Source of the DNA: Azolla caroliniana
Taxonomy: Eukaryota > Plantae > Polypodiophyta
Assembly: GCA_043228905.1 (NCBI GenBank)
Contig: JBHGNT010000001.1
Coordinates: forward strand, 33,914,001 to 33,978,000
Direction of reading: 5' to 3'
DNA: 64,000 nt
The stretch's first letter is position 1. Each line of letters begins with the position of its first letter. Shown here piece by piece: positions 13,301-26,995 of the stretch. The position numbers and the translations under genes were made by a program. The notes beneath the pieces are model-generated. The model was given only the letters and a program-made list of their open reading frames with translations. It was not told the DNA's origin and searched no databases.

Positions 13301-16300
13301 TAGACACTCTTGAATAGTTAAACTTCAAGCCTTCTGTTAGCATCGAATGCCTAAAGTGCAGTTAATTAGAAGTAATTAAAATGGATTTAACAAGATCGTA
13401 TGTGAGGACATCTGGAAACTTTGTCTCTCCAGAGAAGAATAAGAGATGGAATTGGGAAATTAGTCCCAAATTATCCCTCTTGTTTCTCAAAATGCTCTTC
13501 CCTATCTACACATTGTCTTACTAGGAACAGTAGAGAGAGAAAACTGAGGAGTATTTTTGAGAAATGATAAAATGAAAAGCATTTGGGAATTTTTAGAACA
13601 TAGCTTTATGAAAAATTAAGGTTTTCATAGTAAATTTCCCTTTAAATTAAATTGAATGAACAAAGGTAGCAAAAGCCTTGCCTTGCTTTTAAAGAATGAC
13701 CAACAAACTAGAGGGCTTAGAGATTTCGCTCCTCCCAACCAATATCCCCGTGAGTTGAGGCTCATAAGCTTACCTATAAGCATAGTTGGTCCTTATACAC
13801 TAGTACTAGTGTGCTTATTATCACTTTCTTTTACCTTATAAAGCTGTGTTTTATAAAAATCTTTTATTGTTTCTATTTTTGATGTGCTGACATTTAATTG
13901 TAAGTTTTTGATTGCTGAGATTTCGGGCCTTTGAAAGCTATGCACAATGCTAAAAAATTCGCCTAACATAAAGGGAACAATTTTTATGCATAACAAATGT
14001 AACAACCTAAGGATAGGGGAAAGTAGGATAATTCCAAAGATAAATATTCCTTAGTGCATTAGGATAGGCTAAATTTGAAATGATTGTTCATTCAAGTACT
14101 AGAAATAAGGCAGAGTTTACCTTTGCTTTTTCTCAAGAGGCATCTTTATATATTACCTAGATCTTCTCAATGATGGAGCTTTCTGTTGAGTCATGAGAAA
14201 GGTCCCATGGCTTCTTGAGTTTGTAGACACTGGATAATATTGTGTTCAGCCATATGTCTCCACCCAAAAAAGTGGGTTAAGAACCTCAAATAGACATTCG
14301 GTTAGGTATCATGATCTAGCCTAATGTCTCCATCAAAGATGGGTCTTGAGAAGCCAAAACCACACCTGGCTTTATATCACTGTAATTGGTAAAATGTATG
14401 CAACCTAAAAATGTAAAATTTAATTATTCAAGTCCTTATGTAAGCTTATCCACATGAACTTGCATTATCTCGTTAATTATGTTGTTAGAGGCAGTGGCTA
14501 GCACAATCGGAGTGAATCAAGGATGCCCACTATCACCCAATCTCTTCGGTCTCTATATAGATGATGTATCACATTACATGAGAGATTTGGGGGTTTGGGA
14601 GCACACCTTGCAGGCACAGCTATACAAATATTACTATATGCTGATGATATTGTCCTGATTTCTGACTCTCCGGAGGGACCACAAGGACATCTAAATGCCT
14701 TAACTATTTTGTATGGGCAAAGGTTTGTTAATCAACATGGATAAAACTAAAGTGATGGTGTTTAACACCACTCAAGCATGGGTAACAAGATGAGAATCGG
14801 AATTCTTCTTGGGAGAGGAAAAGGTGGAATACACACGCTCCTACACATACCTAGGAGTAACATTTACAGGGCCTAGGTTCTCCTTATAGGAGGCTGCTTG
14901 TGCCCGACTTTCTCGTGGGTATGCAGCCCTTGGTGCTCTTGAGAGAGAATGTGCACATTTGCAGTTCCAAGAGCCACGAACTAAGCTGTGGTTATTTGAT
15001 ACACTTGTCACACCAACTCTTCTCTATGGAGTAGAAACTTGGGGACCGAGTCTTAACAAGGCAAATCATTGGAAAGATTTAGAGAGACCTTTAGTGTCAC
15101 TGATTGCTCGCATGATAAGGAGCAAAGCATCGGTGCCCCACGATATAATCTGGGCAGAGATGGGAGCAGCACCTATAATCACCGAGGCATTGTTCCGATC
15201 AGTGACATTTATCCATCGTCTTTGGGAGCTCCCTAAACGAAGGTACCCAAGGTTGGCATTTATGTCATCAAGACAACTGACTGAAAATGGAGACATTCAT
15301 TGTTGGTATGCTGAAATGCAGCAATGGTTCGAGTCACATGGCATGAGTATAAATGCCCTACCCTTGTTCCAATATAGCTTCGACTGTCCCCATCTAAATA
15401 TGACCAAAGTGGAAAAGAATAGAGTGATCCGAACTGATATATTAACTTGGAAAGCAAGATAACATGGATCAGCCCCAAAATACCACTTGGTACAAAGATG
15501 GCCCACTATAAGACACAATTCTTACACACATCGGACGATGGATTCATCATTAGGCCACCTTATATGGACATACATCTATCCGAAGCGTTGCATAGTGTGA
15601 TAGGGCAGCTGCAAACTTCATCACATCAGTTATAGATCGAGGTAGGCGGATATACATGACTACCTATAGAAGAGAGAATTTGCCAATTGTGTCATCATGG
15701 AGTGGAATCCGAAGAACACTATGTTTGTCACTGTAATGTCTTTTATGAAATCAGAGGGAGATACCATTGCCTCTCTAAACAAGGCTTTGGCCCACTACAC
15801 AAGGTAATGGAATATGAGGACCAATGATGCCAAGGACTTTTCTTGCTAGAGCTCAAGAGACATCGGGGAAAGTTGTTGAAGAATACAGCCACACAACTCA
15901 TCCACAAAGAACAATCACAACTTTCTTTAGCCCCATCACTCCTAATGCTACAAGTCAATCACGGGATACACAAATGGGCTCCCGACCAGGACATAACAAA
16001 GGGGTTACAATTGATCGGGCAATAGCAATTTGCCATGCACGTAGGCCCCAGCCCCATGAACCATGACCTTGACACCCTTGTCATTGACAGATAAAAGCCA
16101 TTATCTCCCGCCATCGCATGTGCTTCCCTCACTCTGGAGACATCTCCATTATGGATTGACCTATGCTAGAGATCTTTCGAAGACAAAAGCTACAATATAT
16201 CTAACTTGAGAATCTCACATGTGCCGAAAACCAGATTCTCTCGTCTCTTTTTATCTTATATACTTTTATATTTACAGAGGATTATTTACCTTTATTTTCT

Positions 16301-17712
16301 GATTTTTTGTTCTCAAAGACAAGACAACACTTAAGATGTAATCTCTTGTTTGGTCTTATAGGCCATTTTGGCCTCTTAAAAGACGTTAATATATCTTTCT
16401 TTCTTTCTCTTCTTACTGTCATAAGGTATTTTATTTGCTTCGGAGGGCTAGAGGCAGTATTGGTGGTCATGAGGGAGGCATTCCCAGTTTTGGGAATGTA
16501 CTACCTCTTAGACTGATCCTCCATGGATCATCTAAAAAAAGAGTTGATTGAGATCTCCCCAATGTTTTGAAATATGCAATTCAGTCTGAAGAAATAGTTA
16601 ACCCTCAAGCTCCTCTCATTAAGATAATGCATCTCAATGCTCTTCCTTTGATCACATTCGAGTTTGCTTTTCACACATTGTCTATCCAGTCCACTTCCTA
16701 CACATTCCTCTCACAGTTATAGTATGAACTCTAAATTGCATTGGTCATTCTTAAAATTTTGAACATTGAGAGTCACCATTCAATTCTACAAAATTTCTGT
16801 GCAAAAGTTTCACTTTTGGTCATGTGCATCATATTTGATGTCTGCTGATGATAATAAACCATCCGATGCTATATTATAGATAACATTGACAGTGCAGAAT
16901 CCAATAAAGAAAATTTATACAACTTGAAATATGCCTACTGAACTTGAGAGTATGATACATATGAAACATATTTTTGTGTGATGAAATTGACATGGTTATT
17001 ATGATCTATATATATTCAAGATATTTGATGAATAGCAGCATGCCCAGATACAAATACATGTTGATGGAGATAATAAAGGTCTAGCAATATTCCGTTTTCT
17101 GGCAATTGTATAGATTTATATACATGCATTTTTTCCTCTATTTTTTGGGGTTTTGTGAATTAAGTATACTTTACAATAAAACTCTTGGTGGGAGGTGATG
17201 TCTTTTTTCTTTTTGAAATGTATTGTTTCTATTTGTGAAAATGTCAATCAGAATTGTGATGTTTTTAAAACCAATCATGTGTTGAAACTTGATGCATGGT
17301 TTCTCCCAATCTATGACAGGGTGAGAATTGCCTAAGAGAAGCATACAGAAATCAGGCGAATATGAGCTATAATATCGTGCGTCCAGGTGGTCTCACGAAC
17401 AAACCTGGTGGGAAAAATGAAATAATTGTCGAACAAGGTGAGGAGCTCATTGTTATAAGGCTAGAAGGCCCATAGGTTTCTTAGAAATATTCTTGATAAA
17501 TGAAGGTCTTGTGGGTTTTGTTCTTTTATACCCTTTTGTCTTGCTTTTTAGGTGATAAACGTACTGGAATGATTACAAGAGAGGATGTTGGGATCGTAGT
17601 TGTGGCTTGTGTGGAGGGAAAGTGTAGTCCCAATAGCACATTTGAAGTTATCAATGGTCCAAAAGAAGGTGGCTTGGATTTGGATAAGCTTTCCAACCTT
17701 ATCCCTGATTAA
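10269..17712 (+). CDS. Atypical short-chain dehydrogenase / NAD(P)-binding Rossmann-fold protein (NAD_binding_10, TIC62-like subgroup), 247 aa
   Basis: Six GT-AG exons, 10269-10334, 11880-11964, 12415-12620, 12848-12955, 17320-17437 and 17552-17712, total 744 nt in one frame. Motifs: ILVVGCSSGVG (Gly-rich), ALVRN, KGDVT, VDAVIC, VDYLGVKNL, FVLLSS, WKLKGE, IVRPGGL, ITREDV. Confidence 0.93.
14490..16540 (+). mobile_element. 5'-truncated non-LTR retrotransposon (LINE RT and C-terminus) in intron 4 of the SDR gene
   Basis: 'GVNQGCPLSPNLFGLYIDD' (~14510), 'LLYADDIV' (~14630), 'YTYLGV', 'LWLFDTLVTPTLLYGVETWG' and a CxxC 'RICQLC...ESEEH'. Ends with a TGATCC-tccat-GGATCA stem-loop and A7; interrupted by stops and frameshifts. 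Confidence 0.88.
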
Positions 17713-18856
17713 TTGTTTAATTGTATTTAGTCTGATATATTATCATTTTCTATGAATAATGTATATATCACGAGGGGTAGATGCATTTATGCTTGACAAA
17801 AATAATTTTAAAGTGTGCCAGCAATGCATGTTCTATCACATTAGCAATTATATGGTTAAATCTTTCTGTTCATTTATCTTTGTGAGTGGTTCCAGAGCAT
17901 TCCAGAAACAGCAAAGGGTTGTATTTGGAGAAAAATATAACCACAATTACTACTTATAATGTGACCTCAACATCTAATGCATGGAGTACTAGTTCTTGCA
18001 TGCTTAGTGCTATTTTTTGGATGTTCTCCTTCTCTGTTTCTGTATCAGTATCTCTTATATATAAACATATAATGTAGTATATATAAAAATGTCATGATTC
18101 TTGTGGGGACTATGGGAATATTAATTTGGTACATCAGTATGAAAACAAAATTTATAAATAGAATTTGGATGTGAAAAAGAGGTTAGATGGTGTGAAATTA
18201 TGGATATATCATGAAGTGAAAATTTAAATGGTATGTGATTATATTTTTGACGTTAAATCTTTGGTATTCCTTTCTGGGTGGTTTTTCTTCCATAAAATAA
18301 ATAAAATTTGATATGTAAAAACAACAAATAGCTCAATATGTTTAATTATATTGTAAATTATGCACAAACAATTTACATAGAATGCTCAATTGTAGTGTCA
18401 AATCTGCCTTCCTTGGCAAAAGTTGTCTTGGTAAAATAAACTGTAGCATAGAAGGTGCAAGGTAAATTTGTGAATTCAACATTTTCTAACCATGAATACT
18501 ACAAATATTTAAATACCTCATAATTGATGTTATAGCATCAATGTTGTTTTATCATATTTCTAGTCTGTACATTTGTGAAGGTTTGATATTAATTTTGATG
18601 GGTACATCTTTTGGTCATAAGGTGCATGGGATTGATGCTTTAGTCTCATTATATAATGGTGTTCGTGTAATAATATTTAATAGTTACAACTTACATGTAT
18701 TGCATATGTTAATAACAAAACTTTAAAAGCCTTTGTAACCCATCTCATTCTACTTTTTTCTCCGAAAAAAGCTTTTGTTTTATTTGGTGAATGCTTTAGA
18801 TAAGCTATTGTGAAATGCACAAAGGTACACCAAACAATTATAACAATATGCAATGC

Positions 18857-21241
18857 TCATAATATCATTGCCATTGCAAGGCTTTGTGTGCCTTGAAGGT
18901 CTGCATTTAAAGTTATGCTAGTTGATATCTCATTGTTCCATGAAGATGTTTGCTTAACCAAATTATGAGATTCATCTTGAAGTGAAGGTGTATACAAGCT
19001 CAAGTTATCTTCCAGCAATGCAAGGTGCTGAAGTCTTGTTCTTGCCAATTTCGATGCAAGTTCTGAATCACCAACCTAAAATAATATAAGTTGAATGCTT
19101 AAGTGATTCTTATGCTATACATATTAAAACTTTATTCCATTGAGAACATTTTTTCATTTTTTTTCTTTCACTGCTTTCAATTTTTCTGGGTTGGTAGAAG
19201 TAAAAGAAGAGGTATATACTTTGTTTGCCACAACCAAAGCTAGATCTCTAGAAGTCACAATTGAGTTTGCACGATCTCGCACGTGTGACAACCTTTGTGC
19301 TTTCAGTTCTTCCTCAAGTGCATCTTTCTCTCCTTTTGTTTTACTAAGATCTCTAAGTAATTGGTTCATTGTATTCATTAGATCAATCTTTTCCGTTGGG
19401 AGATGATCACTACAAGGATACCTCAACAAGAACTACAAACTAGAGAAAGTGTCATATTTTTCATAAACATCTTGTGTTAAATGGAGGGCTTACTTAGCTC
19501 GAAGTATGTAATCAATTACCTTTTGATTGAGCTTTAAAGTTTCTAATTCATTCAATGTTTGTTCATTTTCCTAACAAGAAAACATAGTGCATCAAATATT
19601 GGTTAAAAGTTTTTTGCATGGTGAAGTTCTTATTATTAGAGATAAAGACTTGCCAAACTTAACACATGAACAACATGTTGGCTAGATAATGCCAAGTTTA
19701 ATCTACATCACATGATGGGTATGAAGAAGCAAGAGATTAAAATGTTGTTATATATGCAAACAATTTACAAAGCAATTTTGATATAAAAGATCATAAACAT
19801 TACAAGACATACTACAATATTTTCAACTTGATTTTGATCTAGAAATGTTTTTCCTTTATGTAAGATTCCAATATGATGTGAATTCACATAATGTGAACAT
19901 AAGATGTTACCTTGTGTAATGCACACACTTGCGAAACAAGGCATGACCGTGTTGACGACTCTTTCTCGAGGTTGGCCTTGAGACTTGCTTTCGATATTTC
20001 CAGATCATTAAGTTGCTTTTGCATTTCCATAAGCTCCCTTTGGACTTCCTTGACCTGGCATTGACCATGGTTTTCTTTTGACTCATACAGTTTCAACTTT
20101 CCTTTTAATTTTCCCACTTCGTCTTTGTAAAGTGCCTGTTCATATAATTTTTGTGGATTGTCAAAAGCCCATAAAACATCATTAAAAGCCAATTTCTAGC
20201 ATTTACTAAATAAGAGAATGATTTGTGAGACTAAACATAATTTAGGATATAACCTTACATGTGATTAAAGAATCTGGGAAGGGAGTACCCGAAGGGAATT
20301 TAACTCTTGACAAAGCATGTTGTTCTGTTTGTTATAGTCATCACTCACTACTGGCGTGATTTGTTGAGTTTCTTTTTGTATATTATTTGACCCATTATCT
20401 GCTTGAAGTTCTGCCTTCAGTTTTTCATTCTCTTGTTTTAGCTGAAATGTATTAAGAGAAAAGATGGAAATGGAAATGTAAAAGGATGACTAAAAAAATA
20501 AACAAAGGGAACTTAATATCCAAAAAATTGAAAACAAAAGCTGTATCAATGACCAACATGGCCCTATGCACAAAAATGTTGTAACAAAGTAATGATTCAA
20601 AAAATGTAACCATTATACCGACCTTCCCACGTATCAAGATGAGCGTGTCATTTTTGGCATCAACTATCAATCGAAGGAGGGAGAGACCATTTTCCAACCT
20701 TGTGAGCTGCAAAGGTGGAGAAGGAAAAGGATATGTATTCGGAAAATTTTATTTGCAAAAAGATTGCATGGCATATAATGTGAATAGTTTGTCTAAACCT
20801 CATCAAATAATGCTTTTCCTTCCGATATATGATTAGTACTTCCAGCTGAAAGCTTCTCGTTTGGTGGCTTGTTGATCTCGAAACCGATAATGGGTTCAAA
20901 TGAAGGAAGCACATGATGTTGGAAAGCTTTGATATTGTTTGTGATTGAAATTGCTAAACTAAGGCTAGTTTTGAGTGCCTCTCTGAGGGTCTTTAACCGT
21001 ATTGTTAAATGCCTTTGTTTTTCGTCATTGCCTTGTTTCATTTCCTCGAGTTTTTGTGTGTAAGCATCATTTCGAATTCTTGACATGTCTTCCCTTTCAA
21101 TAAGAGTTTGATTCGCTTCAACCATCACTTGTGATGTGCTTGGCAACATTTCTTTGAATTGCTTCACTTCAACCTTGTGATGTACCTGACTGACTTGACC
21201 ATTTCTTTCTCTCTTTGTTGTCAAAGTTGTTGAAGCCCAAT
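18857..21241 (-). CDS. Coiled-coil protein of unknown function (5' exons unresolved, possibly extending to ~22076)
   Basis: In-frame GT-AG exon chain 21241-20799, 20706-20623, 20441-20289, 20135-19911, 19570-19520, 19432-19220 and 19075-18857 (TGA). Product is E/K/Q/L-rich with heptads (LKQENEKLKAEL; ELMEMQKQLNDLE; EKDALEEELK). Confidence 0.72.
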
Positions 21242-22124
21242 CTGCTATAACGTAAAACAGTTGGGTAACATATAAAGTGAGTTTCATACATAAATTGAGC
21301 ACATAGAAAAAGGATCCACCTTATTCACAAGAAAACTAAAAACCCCCTACGTTCTTAGGTGGATCACTCACAAAATATGGTAATTGCACCAAAGTTGTTT
21401 TTTTTCACAAGATATTTGTTTTAATTTTATTAATGGAAATTCTATGGATTAAGTTTTCTTTTATTTAGAAAATTGGGGCCTTTGAATGCACATGTATGCA
21501 AATGTATAAATTAGGACCTATGTCTTCTCGGGGGATACAAGATCATTCTCATAACAAGTCGTTCCACTATGGAAATGACTTGTGTTGGATGCGCTTTGCC
21601 TCAATGATTGATGTCTTTGCTATTCTCAATAAAATTATAATGTTGAATCTTGATTCATCAAATTCACAATGAGATCTTCAAATAGTCAATGACATCGCCA
21701 TGTTCAGATTCTGAAGCAATTGCGAGCTTTTTTTGGATGTTTGTGAAAGGAAATCCATCCCTGACATTGGACCTAGAGATCTTGGAACTCATGCAGCTTC
21801 CTGTTTCGGGTTTGGATATGTGCGTTGAGTCTGTGTTAGGGAATTACATGTTAGTTCAAAGAAGTGACATTGTTTTAGTAAATACCATTATGTTGTGGAT
21901 GGGAAGACCTAACTGGTGAGATATATGCACACATGCAGTACAATTTCATGTACATGCAGAAATACAATATGGAGATGAAGCAAGTGAAGCATGTATATGA
22001 GGTAGCCATACATTGAAAGGGGGCGAGGCAGAGGAAGAAGTAATGGCATTATACCGGTGTGACCGATTTTGCTCATCTCATTCCAAGCTCTGCCATATCC
22101 ATCAATCCATCAATCTCTCTGTCT

Positions 22125-22156
<32 letters not shown>

Positions 22157-22329
22157 GTCTCGTGGCGAAATGTAGGCATATGAAAGAATTAATAACGGTC
22201 GTGACAAAGACATACGTCCAACTGAATTCCCAAACTCTTCATGTCAACTGCACGCGAACACACACATTGACTTCATCTTCACCACCATCATCCCCATCCA
22301 TAGACTAATAATCATAATGTATTACATAT

Positions 22330-22452
22330 ATGTATGTCTTGTATGTATGTATGTAATGTATGCATGCATGCATGCATGCATGTGTGTGTGTGTGTATGAA
22401 TGAATGAATTTACATATATGTGTATACACATATTCACACACACACACACACA
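22330..22452. repeat. Compound (TGTA)/(TGCA)n/(TG)n/(CA)n microsatellite
   Basis: Directly visible. Confidence 0.85.
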
Positions 22453-22994
22453 GTTGTGTTTGTATGTGTACATCCTCTAGGGATAAGTAAATAAAATTCC
22501 TAATTTGCTTCGTCGCTCCTTCATACATGGATTAATTTAATGATTCAATCCTAATTCGCAATAAAACAATAATACGAGAATACACCACCACTCACACCCT
22601 CGCTACCTCCTGTGGAGTAAATATGGGTGCATTGGCCCTTATTGAGCCAATTTAGTGAAAAGATGATTCTAAGTTATGAATTGGGGCCATTGTTTTTCAT
22701 TCGTTCAATCAAGATTAATGTAGATTGATTCATCAAAGATCCATGTCCTATAAATTATCCAAATTTTTTTGAGATTTGGTTACAACATGGAACAAGCCAA
22801 TCACCCATCAACATATCCATGACACATCAATATTTTCAACAAATAATTTTTGTCGTATAAATATTATAGCTTGATGTTCAGTTACATACATATTGCTAGA
22901 ATAACAACACAAGCCATATTAATGTAAACAATCTAGATATCCGTCTTGATAAAAAACAATTGCCCACCTAGATGGATCGAAGGCTTCGTTCAAT

Positions 22995-23035
<41 letters not shown>

Positions 23036-23399
23036 TATAACATCTTTTCCACAAGTTCTTTAGAAATGCTAATGACTTGCAAGTATTTAAAGGTTTTTAA
23101 CATAATTATGATTAAGGCTAGTCTACACTTTCGTTAAGGCTAACTCTACTTCAACAATAAATACATCCTTGGAACAAAGTATTATGTGTTACATGCAAAG
23201 TGTCACTGAAACACGTTACTATCATCATTTACATATGTTATTTATTGTACTAGTTTACAACTTAAAATAGTATAAGAGATATACTCCTAGTCAATTTCGA
23301 AATCCCCAATATAGTCGATATTGAAAATAGACATTAACAATGTTTATTAGAAGTTCATAATGCTGAGAGGTCTAATTTTGCCTCTCATAATTAATAGGA

Positions 23400-25950
23400 A
23401 ACAATACATATTTTACATCATTTCCATAAAGAGCCAATTGATTTCCCATCCATGTTAACATCAATCTCCTATTCAACATAAACTGTAAGTTGCACGTGTG
23501 CACATATGTATGTCTTGTGTAGTTAGTGAAAACATTGAAGGAACCCTCATGATAGTTGCCCTCTTTTTTATTACTGGTGATGAATTAAGGGACAGATTAT
23601 GGAAAATTGAATTAATTGTATGCATGCTAGTATGACTTCCCTTCTTTTTCATTGTCTGATTTGGTGAGGATGAACAAGGATAAAGAACCTTGTGAAACTT
23701 TAGGCACACATGTGCAAACCACTATTTGAGATTCCATGTGGACACTAAAAAAGGTCACTACTATTATTAATATATGGCTTATAGAATCTAAGATATTCGA
23801 CTTTTTTACACATGTGCTCAAAAGGTCTTGATTTACTGTAGGACACATGTTATCACGATTAAAAGGAAACATAGAAAGTTATCGGTATTGGATGATTCCC
23901 ACTATTATTCTTCAGATTTAATATGTAAGTTATAGTAATCTCTCCACATGGGGTTTCTAAAGAATGTGAACAAAACAACCTTTCAACATGAGCTATAAGA
24001 ACCTAAAAAGGAAGTGTCCTTTAATTAGCTATTAGATTTAATATTTGCGTTCTTTCATGGTTAGATCTATGTTCAAAGGTATGCCCTTCATTATATACAT
24101 GAAAAACCAATGTGAGTTTGTTACGTGTGTAGGAAATCAAGTAGTTTTTTGTCCAAAAAAGAAATAAAGTACTTTTAACAAGCAAAAGTTCTAGGAGGAC
24201 AAAAACTTAGAACAAAGATCCCTGAGTACAACCTAAGATAGTTGTTAATAGACGTTGTAAGGATTTAACTCTTAAAATCAAAATATAATGTGAGCAAATT
24301 GCAATAAAACAAATTTCAATAGTAGACCCCTATGCTTGTGAATCATGATAACATAACATTTCCCAACAAAACATGTGGTTGTGTTATCAACATTGAGGAC
24401 ACTTAATGCCTCATTAGAAATTATGGAGATACGTGTTTGCATGTTTTTACAAATACATAATGTGATGAGGAATACACCTACCAGCAAATCTTTATGAAAT
24501 GTCATGTATTCTTTACATTGATATATATTGGTGAACATTTGCACAAGTTTAACTTTTAAAGGATCCAATCTACTGAAATTGAGTAACCTAGAGCCTCACT
24601 TCAATGAATTTGTGATGTAATGATAGGGACTTGGGAGCATTCACTACAAACCAAATACTTCCAAGTAAGAATAGTCATATTTTTGGATGGATAACAAGAA
24701 TCTCATCAATTGAATGATATGTTAAAACAACCTAGCAGCTAAGGATCTCTTTTTAAGTTGATGGACTAATTTTCTATGGTTAATTTCGTTAACCAATGAG
24801 ATCTCACACATACTAATTTGTTACATGAAGCATCCTCTTTACATTCGATTTTGTATGGACTATTGACATCTAAGCAAAAACATGTGTGATGTTCTTACAT
24901 GTTTTGCCACATGTGAACTAAATTGATTAACAATAAGTTAATTACGATTTGGACTATTAGATCTTTGTAATATTTTGATTCAGAATCGAGATAGAGTTAT
25001 TGATTACATCCTTGCCCTTTGGACAGATTGCATATCGATGCCCATACTGAATGAATAATCCAATGAAGTTTTTGGAAAGTGGGAACTTTGGATTTCCTCC
25101 ATCATTAATGTCAACAAATTCATTGAGATTCTAATCACTTTAATAAAGGAGTGGCCATAAGAAGTTTTCCATAGGTGAACCTGCAAAATGAGTTTTGATC
25201 ACATGTCAAAGTTAGATAGATAGAACTTGATATATTTTTAAGGTCCATGGGAGAGTGATTGTGATCTTTGGGACAAGGATGAGCCTAAATAGAGGAACGA
25301 ACATGGTGGATAACAAGTGAAAACACCTACATAGCAAGCACAACCCAACAAGCTCCCATAAGTGAAAACATGGTTAAAGGCATAAGGGATTGGATTATCA
25401 CCACACTCGCATAAAATGCTAGAAAATGTACAAGGATAGGATGTGTTGAATTACCATTTGTATCTATCCTATGCCCATGCTAGAGATGAGCCAATCCACT
25501 TGTTTGCAGGCAATGCTCTTCATCGATGGAGTAATTTGCATTTGCATGTTCATCCCAGCTATGAATGTGAGTAAAATGTGACGCATTTGGAACCAATCAA
25601 CCTACCATCTTCAAGTTCGCCAATAGATCTGTAGACAATGTCATCTAGGCTTCCAAAGCTTTACATTTACATGTCTATAATGCTTTCAAGGCACAAATTC
25701 TACATGATGTTAAAATGCCTCATCAATTACTTATATTAAAGAACAATGCATTGAACTATTATAGCAATAAGCTCTTGGTACGGACCTTTGACTCCCTTAT
25801 AACAAGGTGGATTGGTCGATGATCTCGCTTGTCAAGTTTGAAAAAATGCAGTAACAATGAGGTTTGATTTATCAAGGTAGTGGAACCTCGCCAAATTATA
25901 TGATCAAAGAAATTTGTGTATAAGTTTGATCATGCATTATTGTTATTCAA
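23400..25950 (+). mobile_element. Degraded Ty3/Gypsy pol remnant (RT-RNaseH-integrase)
   Basis: Scattered, heavily mutated motifs in Gypsy order: 'EQGxRT/EEDK'-like (~23670), 'GLGA' RNaseH-like (~24630), 'xGLD' integrase-like (~25385) and 'WYGPL' GPY/F-like (~25775). No intact ORF. Confidence 0.4.
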
Positions 25951-26721
25951 AGTTTGAGCATAATATGCATTTCTCACAAATTTTGAGCATGGTGTTAGAA
26001 TGCATATAGTTATTCAATTGGCATCCTGAGTGCCATAGAATAACTAAGAACTAGTGGATTCGGCAGCGAGATTTGAAACAGTGCATGGTTTCATTATAAT
26101 AAAAAAAACTTCTTCCATTAAACCATTTCGAAGTAGAAAGTTGAACCGGTTTGAATCGGGGCCTCCATGAGGTAATGCATGTGCTGACATTTGAGACCCT
26201 GATACAGCCTGAATAATTCTAGCAAAATGAGACAAATCACAAAGCATATGATTGGAGCAATAGTGTAGAACCATCTTTTACAATTATATAAATGGACAAG
26301 AAACCCAAAACTTGGAGGACCACAAGTAGAAGATTAGGTTAGCCAATTGGAAAGAACTATATGCATAATATGTGTAATGCAGTATAAGGGACATGATTGA
26401 TATGATGTGTACATATATATATATATATAGATAGATGGGTTAATATATTTACATACATACATATATCTAGGTGTGTCCCCTGTCTGAGTGCATGATATAG
26501 CATCAGTTTTGAAGAGCATTGACAGTGAGAGGAATGAGCACGCATAGGCCCTTGGAGTTTTTTAGCATGCCACAACAAACTATGCAGAAAAAAATGATCC
26601 AAAGTTCCTACATGTGCTCACTCTCTTCTGTCAATGCCACCATCATCATCATCATTCTCTCTTATTTCTCTACTATGCTAAGTGAGTAGCCATTGAGTTC
26701 TATTTATAAAACATATCTCCT

Positions 26722-26805
<84 letters not shown>

Positions 26806-26954
26806 CCATACCCCCCCCCCCCCCTTGAAAGTATTGGCCTTTGCCCGAACACTTTCCGAGGGTCGGAAAAACCAATAGATCTTTGCCAACGGACACGTTC
26901 CGAACTAAAAAAACAATCGCTTTTGTACACATATACTTTTGATCCACGTTACCC

Positions 26955-26992
<38 letters not shown>
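26722..26992. repeat. (CT)n(CA)n compound, poly-C and (CT)n microsatellites
   Basis: Directly visible at 26722-26800, 26811-26824 and 26959-26992. Confidence 0.9.
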
Positions 26993-26995
<3 letters not shown>

